Origin: Chlamydiota bacterium
GTDB taxonomy: Bacteria; Auribacterota; JACPWU01
Direction of reading: 5' to 3'
DNA: 64,000 nt
NCBI GenBank assembly: GCA_016196885.1
Contig: JACPWU010000003.1
Span: forward strand, 21,633-85,632
Part shown: positions 1 through 12,200 of the stretch, one piece after another
Position numbering within the stretch: the stretch's first letter is position 1
Layout: each line of letters starts with the position of its first letter
Notes under the pieces: generated by a model
Told to the model about the DNA's origin: nothing
The model's database searches: none
Seen by the model: only the letters and a program-made list of their open reading frames with translations
Made by a program: the position numbers and the translations under genes

Positions 1-2
1 CG

Positions 3-242
3 GTGTCCAAAGAAAAATTACCTTCTTCGATAAGCGTCCTCTCGAGCGTCAACGCCATCAATGATAATTTTTGCGAATTCAATGTAAAAGAGAATGCGAT
101 ATTTACCGAATTTGGAAGTCACTCAAACATCCTCTGGGACCCCATTGTCTCCATTGAGTCAGTGGGTTTTGAGCATGTCTACGATATTGAAGTAGAGGGG
201 ACGCATAATTTTGTTGGAAATGGAATTTTTGCACATAATACG
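3..242 (+). other. Intein C-terminal splicing region (blocks F/G), ending ...VYDIEVEGTHNFVGNGIFAHN with +1 Thr
   Basis: The translation ILWDPIVSIESVGFEHVYDIEVEGTHNFVGNGIFAHN|T matches the canonical intein C-terminal consensus (xYDLxV..HNFvANGi.vHN followed by S/T/C). The His-Asn codons are 234-239 and the Thr codon is 240-242. Confidence 0.6.
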
Positions 243-3200
243 GCGATATTCGCAACCCCCACCCCACAGACCCTAAGCCAGGCAACGAGCAATATTGTGG
301 GTGAAAAACTTTTGGATGAATTTGAGAAGTTAAATGGGGATAGGCCTCTTCAAGAAATTTCTATTTCTGAAAAATCGGGTCAAGTGCTTGAACCGTTAAG
401 ACAAGCTTTAGAGGGACATGAGGATGCCAAGTACATGATGGTTCGCATCGATGTTGAACTTTCACAAGGGGTGGTTAATCATGTCATCGTTATAGATACC
501 GTAGAAAACTTGCGAAGGGATGTTTTGCAGTTGACCCAAGGTTCTCTTGATCTAGCCCGCATTTCTCATCACATTTCTGCTGCGAGTGCCAATTCTGCCT
601 CGTCTGCGTCGTCAGACTCGGTCGGCCACGCTCAACATATTGCAAAGTATGCCTCGCATGGCCTCGGTCGTCTTCCTCGCATCCAAGGCAGACCTGACGC
701 TCTCGCGACGAAATCTGATGAGAAATGCGGGCTAGAAGGTTTTGAGTTTATTCTCAATTACAGCGAGCATGGAGCGAGGGAAGAACAAGGTGTTGGAGAA
801 ACTTTGGTGTTCTTGCATAACATAACGCTGGGCACGTCTGGACAGTCTCTTCTGCGTGGACGAGGTCTGATGTCGAGTGTCATTTCTCAGTGGGCACGGT
901 ATTTGGCTGAGTCAACGTTGAGTGGTAGACTCACCTTGGCCACCGATGCAAAACATCCAGCCACCATCTCTTTATTTAAAAAACATTTTCTTGCGCATGC
1001 GCCCTCTGATCTTGAGAAAATAAGTTTGAAAGACCGTTTTAAAGTGGATGTTGAATACACCACTGTTCATCCCTTGTTTGGAAGTTTACCCATTGGTCTT
1101 CGTGACGCGCAACGTCCAGTGAAGATTAAATCGCTGGGAGAAATTAAATTAGTTAATGGGACTTATGAAGTGGAAATTCCTTCTGGGGTGCTTCCAGAAA
1201 ATCAGGAGGGAAGGATTGTTACTGAAATCAATGAAACCTTAAGAGATGTTTCTGATTGGCTCAAGCAATCCACCCTGTCTCGAATTTCAGGTTTTCGTAT
1301 GCCTGAAACTTTAGACTTAAGTGTGGCAAGTTTTTTTGAAAGTTTAGCGGGTTCAACACCCGAGCGTGGAGAACAAAGGGCGGGTCTTATTTTGGCTCGA
1401 GAGCTTTTAGCGATTCAAGATCCTCAAGGAAGAAGGCAGTTGATGCGTCTTGCGATTCTTCACGAGTTAGCTAGCTTGATTTGGCCTTCATTGATATGGC
1501 CCGAGCATAGGAGAGGCCGCTCAGGCGATATTTTAATGGAGGTAGATGCGCATTATCTTGCAGACATGATGTCCGGTGAGAGTGGTGACGCATCTATTCA
1601 AGCGATTCATGGAGTTCTTTCATCCTATGCTGAAGGACAAACGATTGTACGGGACCGTGTCTATGCCTCAAAAAATCCCATTGATGTGGCGATTTACGAT
1701 TATTATCAATTTACACAGTTGGTGAGGGAGTTTCGAAGTCAAATCATTTCAAATCAACCTGTTCCAGAATTAATCAGTTATGCGCGTTTCATGACCTCAC
1801 GTCGTAAAGATATGGATGCCAGATCCGTGGTGGACGAGCGGGTAGAGAGAATTAAGACGGGTCAGAATCTTTCCTCCGATGATCCCTCTCGAATTAAAGA
1901 TCGCTTGAATGCACTGGTTCGTGAGCTAGAGTCGGATGATGCATTGGCCTTGTTAGACAGAAAACTTGAGGTGGGAGATGATGTGGTCAATTTCTATTGG
2001 CGGGGGACAGGCGATGAGGAAACGATAGGGTTGAAACAGGCTAATGATGAAATATGGGGATATGGTTTAACCAATCAATTGATCAGTGTGGTACAGAAAG
2101 GTGCTTTGACGCTCATGGAGGAGAGTGGGCTCGTAGAGCTCACCCTAGAGACAGATGATAAAGGTGTGCTTCATATCAAAAACGGCAGAGACTTGATTCG
2201 AAAAAATTATAAATCTACTGTTTTTCGTGTTGCGCAAGATCGCAGGGTTGGAGATTATGAATTGAGATTAGGAAATATACAACTTCAGTTAAACGATGCA
2301 CTCAATCGCTATGTGCGAGGGGAGGAAACAGCTCTTTTAGGTAAGCCTGATGAAGCGATTGTAAGTCGCTTCCATCAAAGTGTTCGCGATCCTAAGAAGA
2401 AAATTCAAATTGATTTTGGAATAGGGACCGTTCGTGGCGGAGATTTAAGATCCAAGGTGGAAGCCGACTCCGAAGCGATTAAAGCCGCGATTATGGCGCA
2501 TCACAGTGAAGCAAGAAGATTTGATCAGGAGACGTTCGAAGCGGGTATTGAAGAAGCTGTAAAAATTAAGAATATTTTGATAGAGGCACGGTTTTCTCTT
2601 TTTACAGCTTCAGGTGAACTTGATTCAGACACGTTTGATCATTTAAGGAAGTGGGAAAAGTTTGAAAAATCTCAGCATGATACTTGGAGTGGAGTTCTTG
2701 GTCAATCCTCCATGACGTTGACTGATGTCCAGAGTTCCGTTTCAGAGGGAATGAGCTACCCAGAATTTCTTGAATCGAGAAACGCATCGGGATTATTGCA
2801 AAACCATTTGCTTCGGAAACTTTATCATTATCATTTGGCCAAGCACTTTTTTGAGTGGGTAGGGATTGTAGATTATATTAAAGAGTGGCAGAGTGATGCA
2901 TTAAAGGCACAAGAGAGATCTCGACAGGTAAATGACGCTTTGAAGTACATTCAGGAAAATCGCTCTGAATATGAAAAGATTATTGGAAAATTATCTGAAG
3001 GAGTTCCATCCCTCGAAACCCATGAAGCGTCTTTACGAGAGAGTATGGAAGAAAAGATTCGTTTAGCTCAAAGCCTTCTTTCCTCCGATCGAAAAATTCC
3101 CGGGTGTACCTCCAGAAGAGTTTTTGACGCTCGGGCGTTTAGCCATTCAGAAAAAGGAATGGTTTTTATCAATTTGGATGTGAAAGGCATGGGGCGGGAG

Positions 3201-6200
3201 AACTTTAAGGATTTTCTGAAGCGTGTAGAGAAAATTCATGAACTGATTCAACAGAAGAAATCAAATCCTTCCCTGACAGAGACAGTCAATGAGCAAATTC
3301 TCTCCCAGACATTGATTGCAGGGGATACGGTCACAGAAAATTTTGTTAAAGTTGGGAAAAAGGCAGTGGGTGTGATAGCAGAGCGATTAAAAGAGAGGCC
3401 AGATTTATTGAATCAAATGGGAATTTTCTTAAATTCCGATGGTTCTATTGATGAAGAAAAGACCTTAAACTTGGTTGAAGTGGGCGGCGATGAACTGACG
3501 TTTGCGATTCCCCAAGAGGCTCTTCAATTGATTGGAGAAGAGGGCCTTTCTCAGATTCAAGTTGAGGCGGGCACGCGAATGATGGTGAGTCCCGTGGAAA
3601 AGGAAAGAGTAGATCGTCGAGACGAGGTTAATTACGGATTGGCAATTGCAAAGCTTGATGAGGGAACAGCCTTGGCAAAAGAGTTGGAGGCGCTTGGATT
3701 TAAGGATTTTTTTGTCCGACGTCTTTTTGATGAGACAACTAAAGAATATTTCTGGAAGGCTTTTTTTAGAAATGCCGAAGGGAATATTGAAGAACGTGAA
3801 ATGGGTTGGAGGCCTGACATGGCTCGAGGAGATGTGGGACATGGAATGCTTGCCATGAGACCCTACCAGATCACACGATTTCAGGAGCATCTTCGATCTC
3901 CTCGGACGCCGATGTTTGATGCAGCTCAATATCTTAAAGGGCTTCTCTCTGATTCAGGTTACTCAAGCTCGGTTGTGTCTCTTTCTTCCGAAGATTTTCG
4001 TTCGTTGATGATGGAAATAGAAAATGGAATTTTTCAGGCGGGTTACTTTGTCCCTGGTTTTGATTTTGGGGATGAAGATAGGCTTAGGCAGTTGAAATCT
4101 TTAAAGAGCGAAGTTGTGAGAGTACGGGGCGTGAATAGAAATCTCCCTCCTGAAGGGGTTGAGGTTAAAAATATAGAAGCTGCCATAGATCAATTGGTGA
4201 ATGACATTGTCCAACACCCTGAAGTTAACCTGCTTATTATTACCGGTGTTCCCGGTGCTGGGAAAGGCGTATTTTCAAAAGCATTAAGACAAAGACTTGA
4301 ATCGACACTACAATCAATAGGCTCAGATAGAACAGTTCAATTAATCGAGCGAGATAAATGTTTTAGTCCTTCCGGTGGATGGTATCGTGCAGAAGAGGAA
4401 TATGATCCAGACACGATTTATGATGTGGAAGGACCCGTGTTTGCTGGGGAAATGATAGAAGAGTTTAGAACTCACATGGTCAATGGGGTTCCTCCGCTTC
4501 GAGCTGAACAAATTCGAAGAATTGGCATTTTTGCTCCCATCGATCAAATTCGCGGCCAATTGGCAGAGCGCGGTCGTACCTTAGAAGTAGACCATACAAC
4601 GGATGTACAACTTGCGGCCGAACTTGACACCCGTTTCGATTATTGGTACTTCGGCGAGGATTTTTCGAAATATACTCTCATGGTAGATAATACCAGAGCC
4701 TCTGGATCGACAGGCGAAAGTGGACATGAAGGGGGGTCAGGGGCAGAGACCCTGGGTGAGACCCTCTCGAGAGGTATCCCCACTGAAACCGTGGCCGGCG
4801 CGCATCCGGTGAGTACGCCTCAAAACCGAGGAGCGAGTTCCAAACTTAATTTGTCGGCTTCTACCCCCGCCATTCCTAAAGAGGCGCGTCACGGCAAACC
4901 AGGCAAAGAACCTCAAAAAGGTTTTGCCATGATAGAAACCTTTGTTCGGGCTCTTTCGGGTGGAAGCGCTGTGATGTTTTTTGTTTTTCTAGGCTGCTTT
5001 GGTTCTGCGTTATCTGTCTTGGTTGGTGGAAGAAGTAATATGCCTACAAATACCAATATTGAGGATATCACCTTTCAAAACCGAGGAGCGAGTTCCAAAC
5101 GAGGATCTATCAGTCTTGATGAGAGAGGAGGGGTCAGACCCTTAACACGCACAACGACAATCGGACGATTGGGTTCACGCTCATGGCTGAATCTGGCCAA
5201 TGCCATACTCTCTTTGTTATATTCAGGGTTGTCTTCGATTTGGAAGACGATCAATGCCTCATTCGGCACTTTTCCAGCCAATTTGTCGTCACTCAACATG
5301 AGTTTACTCCACTCTGTCGTAAGTTCTATGGTCTTGTGGGTAAAGCTCTCTTCACGCATCATAATTCATCCGCTCCTTAATGTATCGGTCTCGGTAGAGG
5401 CGCCAGTTGATTTTAAGATCTTGTTCAGCAATCGTCAGGGCTTCGTTCAAGTCAACCAACCCCATGGGCGTTTTTTCGACGGCACGGCCAGGCCGGTACA
5501 GGTCACGATGGGCGAAATCGTGCGCCGTGTCATAACGAACGATTGGCTCCCAACCGTTCCCACTCCAATACTCCAATTGTACCACAAATTCCACGACTTG
5601 CTTTCCAAATCGCTGGTGCCAATGTCTCAATCGGCAATCCCTGGGCAAGAGGTCGACCACGAAGCTGCGAATCTGAGCCATCCGCTAAGTCTATCGCATG
5701 CCCCAGGATATGTCAATGAGGCCGGGCGAGATCTATTGACTTCCACTTCCACCAAAGCCGCGGGCGGGACACATCCTCTTTCTTCAAACAGAGTCACCGA
5801 AATTTTGGGCAAGATGAAGGAAAGGGGAATTCAAGGACGGGTGATCGCCAGAGATGATTCTCGCTTTAAGGGCATCGAATCTAAAACGGATGATTTCTTA
5901 AGACCTTTAGGTCTTGCAGGTGAAGGAAACAAAGGCTTGGAAAGCATGACGGTTTTTGACGAGGTGGATTTGTCTTACACCTCGACGGATGGAACCGAAG
6001 TGCATGTGAGCCTCAAGAAAGGCGATTCTGTTTTCACAGTGACAGAGACCCAAAAGGGAGAATCTCGAACGACCCAAATCGTTGCTTTTAGAGATGATGA
6101 AGGCGGCGTTTATACAACAGCAAGATTTTGGGATCAAGCGTCTGACGAGGCTTGGGTCGAGCTCTGTGTTCATGAAATCAGCGAAGTCAATGCGAAGACG

Positions 6201-9200
6201 AACCAGAAAATTATTTCTGCGCTTAATCAAATTCAAGTGGATTCCACGGGTCCCGATGCTCGAGTCGAGTTTTTTAAGCGATTTTATGTTTCTCTAACAA
6301 TTCAAAACAATCAGATCACGAGTCTTAAATCTTCTAATGAATCCGATCCGGCTCACGTTCTAGCTGAGTTTCTGGAGGTGGTCAGGACGTTACAAGTTTT
6401 GAGGCAACCCATCACGACAGAAAATGTATTAAGGACGGTCAGCGTTTTGGATCAGAATATAGGAGGCCTGTCTCAAGGTTTGTCTAAAAATCCTCTTGTG
6501 GGACAAGAGCCTACCCATCGGTTTTCAAATTCGAATGCAGAGTTTGTTGATTCAGAGAAGTTGAAGAGATTAAGAGGATTGGCGGAACTCTTTTATGAGG
6601 CTTATACAGATGCTTTTGAAGCCAATAGACTGAGTCAGGGTGAAGCCAAGTGGACCGAAAAGGATATCTTCATTACAGATCCGCTCACGAATCAAAAAAT
6701 GACCATTCAGGATCTTGAAAATATTGAACTTCAATTAAGCGTTGGAGAAAAGAAAACAGAGGCTATTCAAGGAGAATATCGTCCCTATAGAAGACGCATT
6801 GCTAATCTTAAAGGTGTTAAACGTTTAAGTCTCCAAGATGCTTATGGTCCCATGCTTAGAAAAGTTCAATCAGAGTTAAGTCAGGGTAAGCAATCTGTGG
6901 TTTTGCGCATTGGAGGACGAAGTGGCACCGGCAAAACAAGTATTGCGGATGAGATGGGTAAGTGGGGACTGGGCCCTATTTTACCATCAGAAATTTCTGT
7001 CTTGCATGCGGATGATTTAGTTGGTTTTGACTCTATGCGGCTTGCTGTTGAGGTCGAGAAGAAAAAGGGAAAGAAGTTGATTATTTTAGAGGGAACTTAT
7101 TCATTGCGTGGGAGAGAAATGATTTTTGAAGAGAATGCTCCTGAAATAGAAGCGGACGTTCAAGTTTTTGTGGAATTACACGAAGATACCCGCGTTCAGC
7201 GTCTTTTTGAGAGAGCTCATTTTCGTGATAGATCCTGGATTGCCTATATGGATCGAGTGATCAAGGATCGAGAGGATATTCTTCGGGTTGCAAGCAGATA
7301 CTTGCCTGAGTCCTTAGAAAAAAGGATTGTGGATACAGTCCAACAGGTAGATGGAGAAAAAAATGTTGCAAAGGCAGGTGGGTATTATAAAGCTGCAAAG
7401 AAACTACTCTTAGAACATCTTTTAGCTGTTAGAACACAAGGTGCAAACTCGATGTTTGATTTTGCGAGAGTAGAAAATCTAATCGATCGCTATACCATTG
7501 ATCAGGAACGAAGAACAGCGGACATTATTATCAAAAATGATCAGTATAATACCGGATTAGGTGTTCTTGCTGACAATCAAAGCCTCATTTTTAGAGACTC
7601 TTTGAAGCGACTTTCCAGTTTACTTCCTTCAATACAGAAAAATAAAGATGAGATTGTGACCCTTATCATCACACTTGTTAGAGATTTTTCAAGCAACCCT
7701 ATCATTTTAGGAATAGAAGACTTGTTTCAACAAGAAGGCACGACACAAAGACTTACAACAATGAAAACAGATCCATTAAGGAAATGGGTAGAAAAATTCT
7801 TAATTTTACCTGCTCATGTTTCTCAGCTCTCAAGGTTGGTAAGAACCAGCTTAAGAGAGACCTCTCGAAATCCCAGCTTTCTCCACTCTACCCTGGGCGA
7901 TAAGCCTAGAGATGAGGTGAAGCGATGGATTGATCAAAATGCTGACTTCGTAGAGCGATATGCTCCCATCAGGCGCGGCTTGTCACAATTTATGCGCCGT
8001 TATTCTTTGGGTGCTGCGAATATATTGGGTGGCTTAAGTGTGGGTTTCTCAAGAGAGACGTGGTATCGAATTTTTGCGATTGGGTTTGTGGGATCTTTGA
8101 TCAGTGGGATGGCCGCATTTGTTTTATCTCTTTCTTCAGATCGACTTGGCTTTGCAATATTGTCAGGTCTTGCGATCACTTTATTAACCTCAGTTGTTGT
8201 AGATGATATGGCCATGAGTTTTGCAGAGGCACATTATGTAGTAACGAGTGAGAATTATTTGGCAGGAAAAGGAAGAGAAGAATCTCTCAACGGGAAAGAA
8301 CTTTCAGAGGCAGAATATCGGAAGACTCCTGAATACAAGGCCCATCATGATTTTGCGATGAACATAGCCTTGATAGGATTGATCACATTTGTCGCAGGGG
8401 TGATTTTCACACAAGTGACAGGTTTTTCTTTCACATTTCCCTTGTTTATTCTCCTCGAGGTAGTTTCTATCGTAGTTCCTTCGCTCATTCATGCCATCCA
8501 TGACATTCGCTTCTGGTTCGGTCATGAAGAATTGACCTTGCATAGTGCGGGCAATGTGTCATTGCAAGACCTGACCCCAAATAGACTGCTTCAGAAATAT
8601 TTGGATGAAGGGACCATGCTTCAGATAACACTTGTAAATGGAGCGGGTATACGCGTTTTATTCGGTCAGATTGAGAAGATAGAAGTTTCCGGATATTCCC
8701 CAGTTTTTTATTTGAAGGGGTCCCTTTTGCCAGTTCCTATTCAAGATAATGTCAAAGTTAAACCTGTTACAAAAGCTGAAATCTATAAATCGGTTAGAAA
8801 ATCTTTGGGGGAACTTGCAGGCGAGTCGTATTTTGGGAAGAAGTTTTTAAAAACATTGATAGAAATTCCAGATGCCATCAACAAGTTTCTGAGTGGGGTG
8901 GATAGCCATGGTCAGCTAGAGTTGAAAGAGAGATTTCCAACAGCTGCTCAGTCTTATCAAGGTGCGCTCGCAGCATGCTTTTCTGAAAAGGGGAGTACAA
9001 AGCTTGCTTATCTATTGATGAGACAATATAAATTGCCTGATGATCTTCGAAAAAGGGACAGCATTCCCTTTCTTTTCGATGAAAAATTGTCAGAAACGGG
9101 AGGGCTTTCAAAATGGGTGGAAGATGTATTTGTTTTAGAGGGAGAAGCTTTTGAAACTTTGATCAATCAGCAATATGAATCAAGTGTCCGATATATTGGG

Positions 9201-12200
9201 GGAGTATCAGCGATGAAAATGGATGATTTCATTCGGGATGTTGAAGGGGATAAATCAAAATTCAAGATGTCTCTCATTCATGCGCTGGTGGTCTCTTATA
9301 AGGATCTCGAAGGTCGAATGCCTATCGAGACATTTAAGACTCTGCTCGTCAGAGTTGTCATGGAGGCTTATACGGAATCTCACCTGAAGAATGCGCATCA
9401 CGCCTTAACCATTGGTTTAGGACTATTGAGGGAAATGAAGTCACCCAAGACATTTTTCAGAGTCTTGTATCATGAATTTGGGCATAACCTCCTAGAAATG
9501 GTTCATTATTTAGAATACAAAACTTTCTTAGAAAAAGCCCAGAACGAATTAATCAGTGATTTAATGATGTGTTCTGTCCAGGGTGAGGGCGTTCATGATA
9601 TTCGAGAGGCGATTGGATTTTTACAATATGCTTCTGCCGGTATGACGGCCGATGTTAATCGGGGTCAGGCGTTTAGTCCTCATGATTTGGCAAGGGCCCA
9701 ATTGATGAAATTATTCAACAGAATTGGAGAGGCAAATGAGCGCCGTGCAAAACAAGGACTTCCAGCGGTTCGATTGAACTTTAAAGAGTTATTGTTCAGT
9801 GCACTGGAGCTGGGTTTTGATGAAAAAGGTGATTTTTCACAGTGGTTTAATCAAGTGATTCAAAAGGCGTTACGTCCTCAAAAGACTTTTGTGCTGGAAG
9901 GGGGAGTAACAGTTTTTTCTCAACAGCAATTAATGACACGATGGGATAAGTTTAAAAGAATAGCCCTCCTCTCTCTTTATGGTTTAATCCCCGTCGTAGT
10001 ACTTCCCATCATTATTTTATATAGGTTGCGTATTTTAAAGAAGTCCTTCCTTCAAAATTTTGTTCATTGGATGAGGGCATTCATCGGTAAACGAGGCCAA
10101 GTGAACTCACTGGATTGGCTGCCGGGAGAATTAGAACATCTTGACGTTTCAAGAGGAGTACGATTGTCAGAAGTGACTGCCAAACGCATTGGAACTCGAG
10201 CAAATGAAAAAGATGTCAAATGGGATCGGAGCAATGAAGTTGATATTACAAATGAAGTGCAGGCATCTTTAATCGAAGTGATTCAGGTTGTGCTTGGAAA
10301 TGCTCATGTGGATGAGGATGCCACAAGAGCGCCACCGGGTCTGGAAAGACATTCTACATACGAACAAATTTTGAGGAACGTTAGCGAGGCTCTCGAACGT
10401 GGAAAAATCAGAATTGTTTATGCCGATTTTGACAATGATGATGTTGAGGCGACGCGTGTTTTTGAAGACGGTGTGCTGACGGTGGTGATAAATCGAAAGG
10501 CCTTAGATTTGGAGATCATCCTCTCCTACGTCGCCCACGAGTTTGGCGAAGAAAAAGCAGGCCTCTTACACCCTGAAGTCGCCAGTGGCCTTGAGCCCTT
10601 CATTCGCTGGAGGCTTTCCGGAGGAAAGGATTTTATTCCGCGCAGAATAGAACGGGCTGTCGGGCTAGCTGTCTTAAAAGCATTAAATGGGGATATGACG
10701 GCTCAACAATATTTAGAAGATTTTTTAAATGGTTATCAATACGACCGTGAGAAATATGGACGAGAAGGAGAAGAAGTTGCCAATGAATTCTCTCGCGAGG
10801 TTAGGGGATGTTGTGAAGATGCTATTGTGAGAGATATCAGAGAGCTGACTCAATCAGGTTCTCTTTCTATTCTTAGGAATATACCTGGAGGGCTTTTCAA
10901 ACTTTTGATTGACGTGGTTAATTCGTCTGCTCACTACAAAGGAGAAAGTGAGTTGATAGAATTAAGAGATAAAATGCTTCAAGAAAGAGGTGTTGATCTA
11001 AATAAACCACCTTCTGGGGCGGCAAGATATGCCGATGTATCGGATGCGGTTAAAATCTTAGCGGGAGATATCTTACGAGATCCAAAACAAATCACTCTTA
11101 TTTCTGGCATTCCAGGCTCTGGTAAAACAACATTTGGACAAAGGTTGACAGAGGAATTAAGATCGCGTTCTTCTTATTTTCGTGTTGAGTTGATTGAAAC
11201 AGATAATATTCACTCTTCTTTAGAGTATGAAGAAGGAGTGATTTATATCATTGAAGGATCAGCTCTTCAACAATCCAATTTTCAAGAATATATTGGTAGC
11301 TCTATTTTGAAACATGCTTCCCATTCTTCTTTCAGAAGAGTTGGGATGTATGCCCCTGTTGAAGCAGTAAAGACAAGAATACAAGGACGGAGCAGGGATA
11401 AAATGGATATTGATTTGTACTGGCAGGCCTATGATCGAATGCTTTATTGGTATTTGGCAGAGGATTTTTCTCAATATCAAATGGTGGTGCTTAATTATTC
11501 ATTAGGAAAAGAGGGTCTGCAGGAACTTGAAAAAGCAGGCTATCCGATTCTTAGATCTATCGATGATCAATCTTTACCCCCTCTTCGCCCCGGTCAAGAT
11601 CGTTACAAAGTCATCACCGTCTGCCGTGCAAATATTTTTAGAAGTCAGATGCTTCAACTTTTCTTGCAGAAGATGTTTGAAAAATTGGGATTTGGGTCTC
11701 TTTTTGAGGTGAGCTCAAGAGGATTCACTGAACATATTTATAGAGATCCATGGCGCACTCTGTATAAAGAGTATATTCCAACGAGAGAACGTGTCTATTC
11801 CTCTTTAGTGGACAGGGGAGGTCCAGGTCGAAGAGCAGCGGATGAATATTATTTTTTAAAAGAAAGGGCAGAATTTTTAGGAGATGCTGATATTCAATCT
11901 GCCAGTTTAATTTTAGTTGCCGATCAGAATATTAAAGATCGTCTTTCAGAAAAGAATCCAGATCTAGGTGATCGAGTTCGTTTGATGACTGATTTATTTC
12001 CTGAGGGTCATGATCTTTATGGAAAAGATTTGCCGGATCTTCCAGTCAATGGACCTGCTGTAGGGATTCCTTCTTTAAATGGTGCCCAACTCTGGAAACT
12101 TTTAGAAGTTGTAATATCCAATTATCAAAAAGCTTTTGTCCAAAGAATAGACCCCTTCTTCTCCGCCTTTCAGAAATTTCTGCGGTTGAAATTAAAGCCC

